DNA of 63,522 bases, counting the filler, from Hyphochytrium catenoides (Eukaryota; Protista; Hyphochytriomycota), in NCBI GenBank assembly GCA_900088475.1. It is 15 parts of 15 records of this genome, joined end to end, with 100 filler letters (N's around TTAATTAATTAA, not from the genome) between each part and the next. Parts side by side here need not be neighbours in the genome. Positions count along the whole stretch, not along the records: positions 7,882 to 17,766 come from FLMG01001059.1; positions 17,867 to 34,790 come from FLMG01000738.1; 13 more parts are not named here. One strand, 5' to 3'. Of this stretch, positions 9,898 to 21,029 are shown in pieces. The translations under genes were made by a program, and so were the position numbers. Each line of letters opens with the position of its first letter. The stretch's first letter is position 1. The notes below the pieces were generated by a model, which worked only from the letters and a program-made list of their open reading frames with translations, made no database searches and was not told the origin of the DNA.

Positions 9898-12800
9898 ATG
9901 ATTTACTACGACTCGGACGCGTTCTTCCGCGTCCTTTTACGAATCCGAGGGACCATTCTCTCAGGCCGCGCCGTCCTCCGATCTCTCTTCATGGCGTTTC
10001 TAGCTTTTCTCTTGGCCTATCTCCACTCTGTCTCGCCCATCGTCCACAACACAGCGTCCAATCACGGATTAGTGCAGACAATGTTCAACGCTAACACTTT
10101 CTTAGGCTTACTGATGACCTTCAGACTTAACTCTGCGTACACGCAGTGGAGAGCGGGCATGACCTCTCTCGATAACCTGACGCGGACCTTGAGAGACTTT
10201 CTCTCCATTGCCAGCTCTTGTCTCGTGGCAGGACATGGGGGAGAAGGAGAGGAGCTTGAGAGTAAGAGGAGAAAGGTAGGAGAGAGACACACTGAGAGAA
10301 AGAGGGAGAGAGAGCAAAAAGAAGAGAGAAAAAACAGAGAGAGAGAGAGAGTAAAAAATGGGAGGAAGAGAGGGGAAGAGTGGAGAAAGAAAGAGAGTCC
10401 GTTGAAGGGAGAGAATGTATTAGAATTAAGGGAGTGAGACAGAGAAAGAGAAAAGAAGAAAGAGAGGCAGAGCGTGACTGATTGATATAAACGGAGCGAG
10501 AGACGCAGAGGAGGGCCATGGTAGAGATGAAGCAACGTAGGAGAGAGAAGAGGTCGCAGGAGCCTAATGTTTAGCTCTTTCAATCCTTCCGTCCTGTTGC
10601 TTCTGTCTCCCCTTTGTCTCATGATCTCTTGTCTCTCCCCTTGCGCACCTCTTTCTGTCGGCGCCTCTCTCCCTGCGGTGCCTCTCTCTGCCCTTTTCTT
10701 CCTCTCTCTGTCTCTCTTTCTCTCTTTCTGCCTCTCTCTGTCTCTCTCTCTGTCTCTCTCTCTGTCTCTCTCTGTCTCTCTCTCTCTCTCTCTCCCTCTC
10801 TCTCTGTTACCAGGTGCAGACATTTATCCTCGAGCTCCGGAGGCTTTTGATCGCCTTTCTCATCGTTGTCTTCCAGCTTCTGAGGCAAGAAGAATATTCT
10901 TTAGAGAGAATCGCCAAAGCGGCGAGACTGACACACGAGGAAGTGCAGCTTCTCATCACCACAGGAGCCGAAGAAGATTACCGGCGAGGCCAGCGAGGAA
11001 GAGATGGGTAAGGAGAGAAAACAGGAAGTCTCTCTCTCTCTCTCTCTCTCTTTCTTTCTCTGTCTCTCTCTCTCTCTCACCATCTCTCTCTCTCTCACCC
11101 TCTCTCTCTGTCACACTCACTGGCCCTCTTCCTCTTTGTCTTTCTCCATGCTGTTTCTGCTTCTCTGCGTGAATAGATTATGGCCGTCCTTCGATCTCCG
11201 CAGCTTCTTTCGCCATCGTCCATCTCCTTTCTCCCCCTCTTTTTCTCTCTCTCTCTTTCTTCTTTCTCCTCATTCAACTTGCCCTCTCTTCTCTGTAGGC
11301 TGTCTGCCTAACATCTTTGTCGCTTCCTATTGGCTTGCTCCTCATTCCGGCATCACTCTTTCTTAATTATCTTCCTCTCTCTCTCTTCTTTTGACTCTCT
11401 CTTCCGCACTCCTCTCTCTCTTGCTCTTTTACTCTCTCTTCTCACGCTCGCCCCTACTCACCTTTTATTCTCTCTCTCTCGCTGTCACTCTTTCTTTCTC
11501 GCCACATCTCTCTCCCTCTTTCTCTCCCTCTCTCTCTTTTCCCCCAGCAAGCTCCGTCGCATGCACTCAAGAGAGAGAGACAAGCGTCTCCTTGCGCACG
11601 TTCCTCCTCGTCTGCGCTACACCGCCATTCTCTGTTGGCTCAGAGATTTTGTAGAAAGTGCGCACCGAAGTGGACTTCTGTCTCAGCCTCAAGCTCAAGC
11701 CTTGCACCAGAACCTATCGGCTCTCAGTCAGGAAGCGCAAACTCTGCACCGAAGTGCGCACGTTCCAATTCCATTCAACTATTCTCATTATACGAAGCTG
11801 GTGAGAGAGATGCGGGGCGGTCTCTTCTCTTCATCCGGGGCTTCTACTCTTTTTCTCTCTCTTTCTCCTTCGCAGTGCCCCCCTTTCTCTCTTGTTCCTT
11901 CTCTCTCCATGAGGTTTCCGCTGTCTTCTCTCTCACATGGTCTCTCTTCCGCATCCTTTTGCTCTTATCCTGCTCTCCTCTCTCTTTGAAGACTTGCTGA
12001 CTACTTTCACTCTCTTATGTCTCCCTTCTCTCTCTCTTTCTCTGTCTCTGTCTCTCTCTCTCCTCCCTTCTCTCCTTGTCTGTTTGTCTAATCTTTCTCA
12101 TTTCTCTCTCGTTTTCGAGCACTCACCTTCCCTTTCATCTCTCTCCTTTCAGGTGATCACGATATTTATCGCTCTGTACACTTTCAGTCTTGTGGAAGGC
12201 TCAGGGCTCATCTTCACTCCTTTCTGGGTCTTCCTCTGGTCCTTTGTACTCCTTGGCGCGGATGACATTGCGAATGAGATAGAGGTACGTCAGAGAGAGA
12301 CACAGAGGGAGAGAGAGAGAGAGGAGGAGAGAGAGGAAGAACAGAGAAGTGTCTTCTATCACCTTGTCCATCCTTTCTCTCTCTCTTTGTCCCACTCCGT
12401 ATCTTTGTAGTCTCTTTGTCACCATTTCACTCGTTCTTTTGGCTCTCAACTTGCTATGCTCTCTCTCGCTCTGTCTCCCCCTGTCTCGCTCTCCATCTCT
12501 CTCTCTCTCCGTGTCTCTCTTTTCACACACTCACATTCACCCATTGCAGTTATTTTCCTATTTTTCCCGCATTGCATAGCTCCCTCTGTTTTTCGAGATT
12601 TCCTCTGGTTCCTTGAGTTTTCTTGCTTATACAAAGCCTTCTCTCTTTCTCTCGCCCTTGCCTTCTTTCTCCCTCTTTTGCGACCCCGCCCTCAATCTTT
12701 CTCTCTCTTTCCTTTTGCCTCTCACTCTAATTTGTCTTCTCCTTCACACAATTTCTCTCTCACTCTCCTCTCTCTCTCTCTCTNNNNNNTGGAGCTTCGA

Positions 12801-13043
12801 ATAATTCGCGTGGAAGACGAGCTGAATGTCATCACAAAGACTTCTTTCCTCCGTCTTGGCCTCCCTCCCATTCTTAGAGAGGGAGAACTCTCTCGAGCGA
12901 TGAGTGAGAACAGGAGAGAGGAAGCTGAAGAGAGAGGGAGAGAGAGACTCAGTTCGTCCTCTTCCTTGTTTGTGCTGCCTCATCTAGGAAAGACGGAGGA
13001 AGATGGTTCTAGAGTCCCCTTACTCTTGCAGCACCGACACTAG
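9898..13043 (+). CDS. Bestrophin-like (UPF0187/VCCN-type) anion channel, spliced
   Basis: Exons 9898-10275, 10814-11007, 11548-11800, 12153-12284 and ~12790-13043; the first three introns are GT-AG with consistent phases. Motifs GLLMTFRLNSAYTQW, VPIPFNYSHY and LLGADDIANEIE. The expected xPFG motif probably falls in the gap at 12784-12789. Confidence 0.85.
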
Positions 13044-13690
13044 AAAATAGGGAGAGAGAGAGAGAGACAGGGCATTGGGATCATGAAGAGACGAGAAGAG
13101 AGAGAGAGAGAGACCACGAAGAGAATAGGGAAAAGCTATCCATAGAATCATCTTAAACTCTTAATCTCATGGATGGAACTCTCTCTCTCTCTCTCTCTCT
13201 CTCTTTACAGATTTATGCCCGCTCACTTCTTCTCTCAAAGCAATAGAGAAACGACAGTAGAAGACTTAAAATATTATATTCCCATTATAATGTTACGGAC
13301 AAGACGGGGAACATGTCTCTTCTAAAGAGAGAGAAGAGACAAGAGAGAGAGAGAGAAGAAGATGGAGCACTACGGAAGCATCTCTCTCCTTTCACTCTCC
13401 CTTTTTCTGCAGTGCCTATCATATAGAGGAACTGCTGATGCTGCTCCTATAAATAATGCCAAATCTCATCCGCGTCGAAAGAGAGAATGAGGCCGCAGTG
13501 CGGAGGAGAGAGGAAGAGAGAGAGAGAGACGCTTTACCCATCGTCCTCTCGCCCATCCACTTGTCGTTGGACGGCCACGACCAATCAACGTTCAACCTCT
13601 CTTCTTCTCTCCGCCCCTAGCCGAAAGAAAGAGAGTGCAACCTCTCTAACTCTTCTCTCTCTGTCTCACCGCATCCGCTTCGCTCACAAG

Positions 13691-13726
<36 letters not shown>

Positions 13727-13780
13727 CGAGGTCGCTAGGACGCGCTAGCTCCTCGAAATATTCCTAAATTTCACCAAGTC

Positions 13781-15744
13781 TCAAATGCAGATCGTGGATT
13801 CTCGTATGCTGAACGTGGAGTCTCGGAAATCTGCATCGTAAGGCTTGCTCGGGGACGAAGGAGGCTCTTCCTCCTTCTGATTTGACTCGGCGTTCTCTCC
13901 CTCTTCCGGTTCTTTCTCTTCTCCTCCTCCTTCTTGTTTTACCTTCTCTCCCTCTTTCTCACCCCCACCTTTGTGCAGTTCTTCCTCTTCGTGAGACTCG
14001 GCAGGCGTCGGCTCTGCAATGGAGAGAGAGGGAGAGAGAAAGGAAGACTCTCCTGCTAACTCCGCCACGTGCGCTCTGATGGCTGACTTTAGATCTTTGT
14101 GAGACCGCGCAGCTCTCTTTACTCCCGTAGAAGAGAAAGAGGAAGAAGCGCTGTCTTCCCTATGGAGAGACTCTCTATGAAGAGAGAGAGGAGAGCCTCG
14201 ATTGCTCCCTCCTCCTCTCTCTCCTCCTCCTCCACTACTTCCTGGGTCCGAGGGAGAGAGACCTTCACTTCCTTCACTTCGACTTCCATCACTGTCCGTG
14301 CTCTCTCCTCCTCCCGCCACCACCGCCTTGGAATTTAACGTAGTTTTCGGTCCTCTCACGCCCAAAACTTCCTCCAGCGCCTTTCGCCATACTTCTTTCT
14401 CGGAAAGAGACGGCGCCACGACGGAAACAATCAAAGTTGCGCCATTACTTCCCGTCACAATCACTAATTCCAGGCCATTTTCCCCGTCTGCTGGGTCATA
14501 GAAAGATTCTAACGAGCCAGAGAGACGGGCCAGGGCGCCAGTGGCCGAGGGAGAGTCGAAGAAAGCGATGTTTCTTCCCTTCAGTTCGCAAAAGGTCATC
14601 TTCCATCCGCCTGTGGGATTTGAAGAGAGAGAGAGAGAGAGAGAAAGAAGTGTGGGAGGGGGGGAGGGGAAGGGAGAGAGAGAGACAGGGAGCGAGAGAG
14701 GAGAGAGAGAGAGACCGACGCAGAGAGGAGAGAAAGAGACAAGGAGTAAATTTGAGAGAGGGGAGAAACAGGTGAAAATTTGTGTAGAAAGAACAAGAAG
14801 AGAGGAGTCAGTTGAGAGGAGAGAGAGAGAGAACAGAAAGGAAACACAGGGACAGAGACATGGAGGTCAGCAGAAAGGGCGGCGGGGTTGGGATGGGAGA
14901 AAGGAGGCAGCAAGAGACAAGAGCAGGGTGAAAAGGAGAGGGACGGAGAGAGAGAGAGGGAGATCGAAGAAGCGAGGGAGAGAGAGAGAGGGGGAGAGGA
15001 AAACAGGAGGAGAAAAAGAGGGGGAAAAAGAAAAAGTAGTGTGCCTTACAGAAAGGCAGCGAAGATACTGAAGACATAGGAGGGTGTATCGAAGAGTGAG
15101 AACCTAAGGATCGAAGAGAGAGAGAGAAAGAGAGAGAGAGAGACAGAGAGAAAGCGAAAGGAGTATTTCCCTACCTAATCGTCTCTTCCTATACATCCAC
15201 CCCGTGGTGAGCATGGTCTCTTCCTCTCTCCCTGCACTGGCGCTGCTCTGCGCCACAGCTTGCAACGCCTCTCCTAACTCGTCCTGCAGCGCCCCCGGAT
15301 CTGTCAAGCAGACAGAGACACTCCTAGAAGCGGAGAGAGAGAGAGAGAGAGAGANNNNNNNNNNNNNNNNNNNNNNNNNNNNAGAGAGAGAGAGAGAGGA
15401 TAGGAGAGAGACAGCAAGTTAGCTTGAAAGAGGAAGAAGAGTGTAGCGGCAGAAGTTTTGGTGCCATGAGCGGTTACCCTCGGAGAGAGACGTCAACAGG
15501 AGAGAAAAGCACAATAGCGGAAAGGGAGAGAGATAGAAATAGACGAAAGGAAGAAGTAGCGAAATAAAGAAACGCGAGGGAGACAAAGAGAGAGAGAAGT
15601 CGAGAGAGAGAGAGAGTGATATAAAGAGAGAACATGAGTATGGGTATGTGTGCGGGGAAACGAGGTCAAGAGGAGGCAACAGAGAGACAGAGTACGATAA
15701 AGTGTTGGAGAGAGGGGTAGCCATAGACAGCAGAGGAGAAAGAG

Positions 15745-15786
<42 letters not shown>

Positions 15787-16183
15787 CAGAGCGAGAGAGA
15801 GAAGCTTTTAACATGCAAGCAGCTTTTAACATGCAAAGACAGCGAATAGTAGATAGTAGACCGGAGGAAGCCGAGCGCAAATCGGGGAAAAAGAAGCGGA
15901 AGAAAGGGGGAGAAGAAAGAGAAGAGAGATATAAAGGGAAAGAGAGAGAGAGAAGAGAGAGAGAGTCCGTTACCTATCCAATATATTAGGGATGGCATCT
16001 TTAGGAAGATGCTGTGTGATCTGCGCCTGGAGCGCCTCCATCCACTGACTCCGGGCAAACTTTGTGTCTGCGTATACCTTTAGCACTCTTCCTCCCTCAC
16101 GCGCGTATAAAAGAATGCCGTTCTTTAGCTCGTTCCACTCTTCCACACGCCCTACCGTCATCTGGAGAAAAAGAGAGAGGGAG

Positions 16184-16224
<41 letters not shown>

Positions 16225-16311
16225 CCAGTGAAGGAGACGACAGGGAGGAAGGAGGAGCAGAGAGAGAACGTAAGGTAGCGTACGAGGGGGAACTGGTTGA
16301 AGGCTGCGGGG

Positions 16312-16343
<32 letters not shown>

Positions 16344-16822
16344 AAAGAAAAGAGAGAGGGAGGACATAGCCATAGATTGACAGCTTTACAAAGAAGAGAG
16401 ATGCCGAGAGACGACGAGAGTGGCTGACGTGAGAGACAGGAGAGAGACCGCCGACTGAGAGTTCACCATCAGAGAAAGAGGAGAGGACCAGATTCTGAGG
16501 GACTCAAGGCAAGAGGAGCTCAATAACAGAAATAATGGATGGGAGAGAAAGGAAACAGAGCGAGAGAGATCAAGGTAGACATTGAAGCAGTGAGTGCAAG
16601 AGCAGCATCTGAAAAAAGGGATAAATAAGGAGAGAAAAAGAGAGAAGAGAGGGCGGGACGGATAGAGAGAAGAAGAGAGAGAGAGTAAACGGGAGGAGAG
16701 AGAGTAGGAGCGAGAAAGAGAGAGAGAAGAAGAGAGAGAGAGAGAAAGAGAATGGGAGAGCGAGGGCGAGGAGAAGCCACTACAGAGAAAGGGCGAGGAG
16801 AGACCAAGAGCGGAGTAAAGAA

Positions 16823-16872
<50 letters not shown>

Positions 16873-17145
16873 TTTTACCTTTCCCCTCGGCTTCGCATTG
16901 ACGGAAGAGGAGTCATAATAAGTGAGTGTCAACCCTTCCAAAGTGAAAAAGCGTCTCTTCCAGGTCTTTATGAAGCTTCCTTGCTTGTACATCCAGCCAG
17001 AGTGAGAGACACGAGGGTCATTCGCTAAGGTTTTCTTAGAGGAAGAAGAGAAAGAGAAAAGTGCCGTCTCTTCTTTCCCTCTCCCTCTCCCGCTGCTGTC
17101 TGTGGAAGGCGTTTTCTTGGAGGAAGAAGAGGAAGTGGTCGACAT
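13781..17145 (-). CDS. Tandem PH-domain protein with acidic/Ser-rich tail, spliced
   Basis: Exons 17145-16879, 16161-15974, 15323-15175 and 14610-13781 join in phase. PH1: HSGWMYKQGSFIKTWKRRFFTLEGLTLTYY...ARSQWMEALQ. PH2: TGWMYRKRRLGGWKMTFCELKGRNIAFFD...EKEVWRKALEEV. Confidence 0.88.
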
Positions 17146-17732
17146 CTTTCTGTCCTTCTTTCTCTCTCTCTCTCTCTCTTTCAGTGATAGCGTGCGGTGC
17201 ACACCCAGGGTCTTGCTAGGAGAAGAGAGAGAGAGAAAGAGAAGGAGAGATCGCCCTTAAGAACCGTCGTGCCTCTCTCAGATCGACACAGAGCGAGAGA
17301 CGTTTGAAAAGAGAGAGAAGGAGAAGGAGAAAGACAGAGGGAAGATGCGCAAGCCACAAGAAGTAAATTAATGAGACTTCAAGAGCGTGGAAGAGAGACA
17401 AAGAGAGGGAAAGAGAGAAGAGAGGAAAGACGATAACCGGAGAATGAGGCTGTTGCTTAAGAGCGAGAGAGAGACAGAGAGACCGAACGGAGCTTCAGCC
17501 TGTCAATCTGGCACAAGCTGCACTTTACGGACAGAAAAAAGAGAAGAGAGAGAAAAGGAGGTGAAGCCAACGAAGAGAGATCGAATTATTGAGGCTCCTA
17601 ACGAGAAGGGATGACGCTAAAGAGTGGAGACTGTCGCCGTTTGTCAGAGTTCTCTCTCTTCTTTCTTTATCCTGAGATGACGTGACTTCCCGCACGAACA
17701 GAGTGTGATTCACAGACTGCAGACAGGGTTGA

Positions 17733-17766
<34 letters not shown>

Positions 17767-17866
17767 NNNNNNNNNNNNNNNNNNNNNNNNNNNNNNNNNN
17801 NNNNNNNNNNTTAATTAATTAANNNNNNNNNNNNNNNNNNNNNNNNNNNNNNNNNNNNNNNNNNNN

Positions 17867-17908
17867 CCCTAACCCTAACCCTAACCCTAACCCTAACCCT
17901 AACCCTAA
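17867..17908 (-). repeat. Telomere (TTAGGG)n, read as (CCCTAA)7 at the contig start
   Basis: Seven perfect CCCTAA units directly after a spacer, with the C-rich strand running 5'->3' inward as expected for a left chromosome end. Confidence 0.9.
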
Positions 17909-19050
17909 CACGCTGCCCTAACACGCTGCCCTAACACGCTGCCCTAACACGCTGCCCTAACACGCTGCCCTAACACGCTACCCTACCACGCTGCACTAAC
18001 AAGCTACACTAACACGCCTCACTAACACGCCACCCTAAAACGCTCCCCCAACACGCTGCCCTAACACGCTGCCCTATCCCTAACTCACTGCCCTATCCCT
18101 AACACGCTGCCCTATCCCTAACACGCTGCCCTAACCCTAACACGCTGCACTAACCCGCAGCTCTAACCAGCTTTCCCACCCCGCTGCCCTAACCCACTGC
18201 CCTACCCCGATGTTCCAACGCGCTCCCTATCCCCAAGCCGTTCCCTATCTTATTCTACCCCGCTGTCCCATCCCTAACCCGCTGCCTTAATCCGCTGCTT
18301 CCCTAACCGTTCTTTATCTTATCCTTACCCGCTGTCCCATCCCTAACCCGCTGCATTAAACTGCTGCCATAACCAGCTGTCCTAACCAGCTGTCCTAACC
18401 CGCTGTCTTAACCCGCTCCCTATCCCCAACCCCCTTCGTGAAACTACTGTTTATTTAAGACAAACTACTGCTCCCATAACCAGCTGTCCTAATCGCTGTC
18501 CTAACCCGCTCCCTATCCCCAACCCCCTCCCTATCCCCAACCCGCTCCCTATCCCCAACCTGTTCCCTATCTTATTCTAACCCGCTGTCCCCTCCCTAAC
18601 CGGCTGCTTTACCCCTAACCCACTGCCCTTTCTTACCCGGTAGCTAACCCGCTGCCCGTTCAATCTATCCGTTACCTTTTTCCTGACGCGCTGCCGCTTC
18701 TTACCCTCCCTATTCTGCTCGCCATCATTAACCCTAACCCATTGACTAGCCTACTGCTTGGTCCCATCTTCGCTGGCCTTTTCCTAACCCGCTGTCCTCT
18801 TCGTAACCCGCTGCCTTTTCTACCCATTCCTTAATCCGCTCATTGTCCAGCTCACTAACTCGCTCACTAACCCGCAAACCGCTCCAACCCGCTAACTAAA
18901 CCCTCTCTAATCAGCTTGCTAACGAACACCTGATCCCCTTTGTTTCTGACGCGCTGCTCTTTCCCCCCTTTCCTGATGCCCGTTTTCACTAGCTGCCGTT
19001 TGCCTAACTCCTCAGCCCTAACCAGCTGCCCTTACCGCTTCCCAGCCCTG
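17909..19050. repeat. Telomere-associated satellite, 13-bp unit CACGCTGCCCTAA, with 19-bp variants, decaying inward
   Basis: Five perfect copies at 17909-17973, then variants (CACGCTGCCCTATCCCTAA at ~18065-18140; CCCGCTGTCCTAA and CCCGCTCCCTATCCCCAA further in) that fade by ~19050. Confidence 0.9.
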
Positions 19051-21029
19051 ATGCTTCCTATATTATCCGGCCCGCCTGATATTTTGCTGGTGCCCTAATG
19101 CTTCACACCCCTACTTACTCATCCTACCTACCTACTACCCCTACTCCCCTATTTCACCATTTGTCACTTGCTATCCCTTCTCGCGGACTCCATCCTCCGG
19201 ACAAAGTGTTCTTAGTGTTCTTTCCCTACCTTGCCTCTTAAATTATCATGTCTTTCTTCCCGATATCAACTGCCCTCCTTGTTATCTTTCATAGAATGAA
19301 AATGCCCCCTTTTCTGGCCACTACTCGCCCATACTCTTTTTCTGACCTTAAAATGCCCACCGAAGTTCAGCATCCTACTCTACTATTACCCCAACTCCAA
19401 TCATTCACCCTTTTTTTTTCATTTGTCTGCCCCTTCTCGCCCACTCCATCTCTGTACAAATCTTCTTCGTGCAGCCCTTTCCTTCTCTTGCTCGTCGTCT
19501 TTACCTCTCATTCCCCCTGTTACCACCGCCTCTCCCACTAGCTTTCCTAAACTTTGGTATACTCCCCTTGGACTTTACCGTCCTGTTGACTTGCTTACAC
19601 TGTTTTACTTGCGTTCACCAACCGCACTCCAATGTGTCCCTTACTACTACTTCCCCGGTCCTGTTTTACTCTACTTATTCTCAGCGAACTCCGTCCTCTG
19701 CACAAATCCTTTCTGATGCCCTCTTTCCACCTTGCTCTTCATCTTTATCTCTCTTTCCCCCTATTGGCAGCTGCCCCCACTATCTTTCCTTTCCTTGAAC
19801 TGCTCCCTGTAAATTACCCCTTTCACCTCAGGGCTACATGCCTGTCACTCCGATAATTCAGCTTTAGTTTTCACTCTACTTGGCGGTCTCCTTCACTCTA
19901 GACATTCTTGCGAACATCGTCCTCTATACCAATCTTGATCCTCTTTCTCTCCCCTTATCTTCGTCTTTATCTGTCTTGCTCTCTATTAGCAACGCGCCCT
20001 CCGACCCCCTTGGCCTCGTAAATCTATTATCCCCTGATCCTTTATCTTCTAATCGCTACCACTTTCCTTCCCCAAAGCTTTTTTGTTCGCAAAAGGTTCC
20101 TAATTACAGAGCGTTCTGTTTGCTAATTTCGTTCTTCAGTCTCTGAATCTGTCTCGGACGTAACTCTTGATTATCCGAGTAACGCTAGTCCGAGAAAGAG
20201 GAACTTGACTAACGACGATGGAGATTATTGCACCATGAGGCTAAGAGTTGGGCTCATTCAGCAGTGAGGGAGACTAAGGAATGCCATGACCTACTACCAA
20301 GAACCTGTACATAAAAGGAGAGAATACAGAAAGGGTGCTCTATCGAAAGCCGCTGCAAAAAGGAGAGAGGATGAGGCTAGCGACCAATATTGAAGTTAGG
20401 TACACTTGGGATTTTAGCCGGGGAAGGGTAGAAAAGTAGGCTAGAATAGAGCAGAAGCCTGCGACTTAAAATGGGGTTACAGAAGCGAGGAGGGAGAAGA
20501 GGTCCATAAATTGAAGATTCGTAGTTAGAGAGTATAAGAATAAGTTAGATAAAAAGATTGTTGGGGGGGACAAAGACAGAGTGAGAGCTTGAGAGACGCG
20601 GAAGGAAGAGAGGGAATGCTTGGAGCAAGAAGTGGAAAATGAACATCGGTGAAAGAGAGAGAGAGNNNNNNNNNNNNNNNNNNNNNNNNNNNNNNNNNNN
20701 NNNNNNNNNNNNNNNNNNNNGAGAGAGGAGAGAGGAACAGGGCAAGAAGAGTGATGGAGGGGAGAGGTCGGGATAAGGTTGGAGCAAAGGAAAGCGGTGG
20801 CAAATAGAAGTTAGTGAAACTATCTAACCGGCGACTAGGGCTCGAGGAAAGACGGAAGAGATGGATAGAGTAGGCTAAGTGTAGGACGGAAGCCTGCGAG
20901 GAACGAAGAGGAGACAAAGAGTCGTCCTAGCCGTTGAAGCGAGAGAGGACACAGTAAGAAGGGTTATAATACCAGGAGAGAGGGCAAGGTGAGGAGAGAC
21001 GCAGATGGGGGACTAGTTTTTCATATAGG

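Noticed and set aside
15800-15840. 18-bp tandem duplication AGCTTTTAACATGCAAGC in a PH-gene intron; (GATA)n at ~42305-42340
   Set aside because: Ordinary slippage products with no further structure.
7015-17766. Many 60-250 aa ORFs rich in RERERE or SLSLSL (also at 42-45 kb and 53-63 kb)
   Set aside because: Translations of AG/CT microsatellites, which lack stop codons; they lie in introns or intergenic DNA.
17867-17908. Interstitial telomere or chromosome fusion
   Set aside because: It is internal only because of concatenation; it sits at a contig start in the normal orientation.
17909-18140. CRISPR-like appearance of the repeated CACGCTGCCCTAA
   Set aside because: Head-to-tail tandem units with no unique spacers, eukaryotic context and no cas genes.
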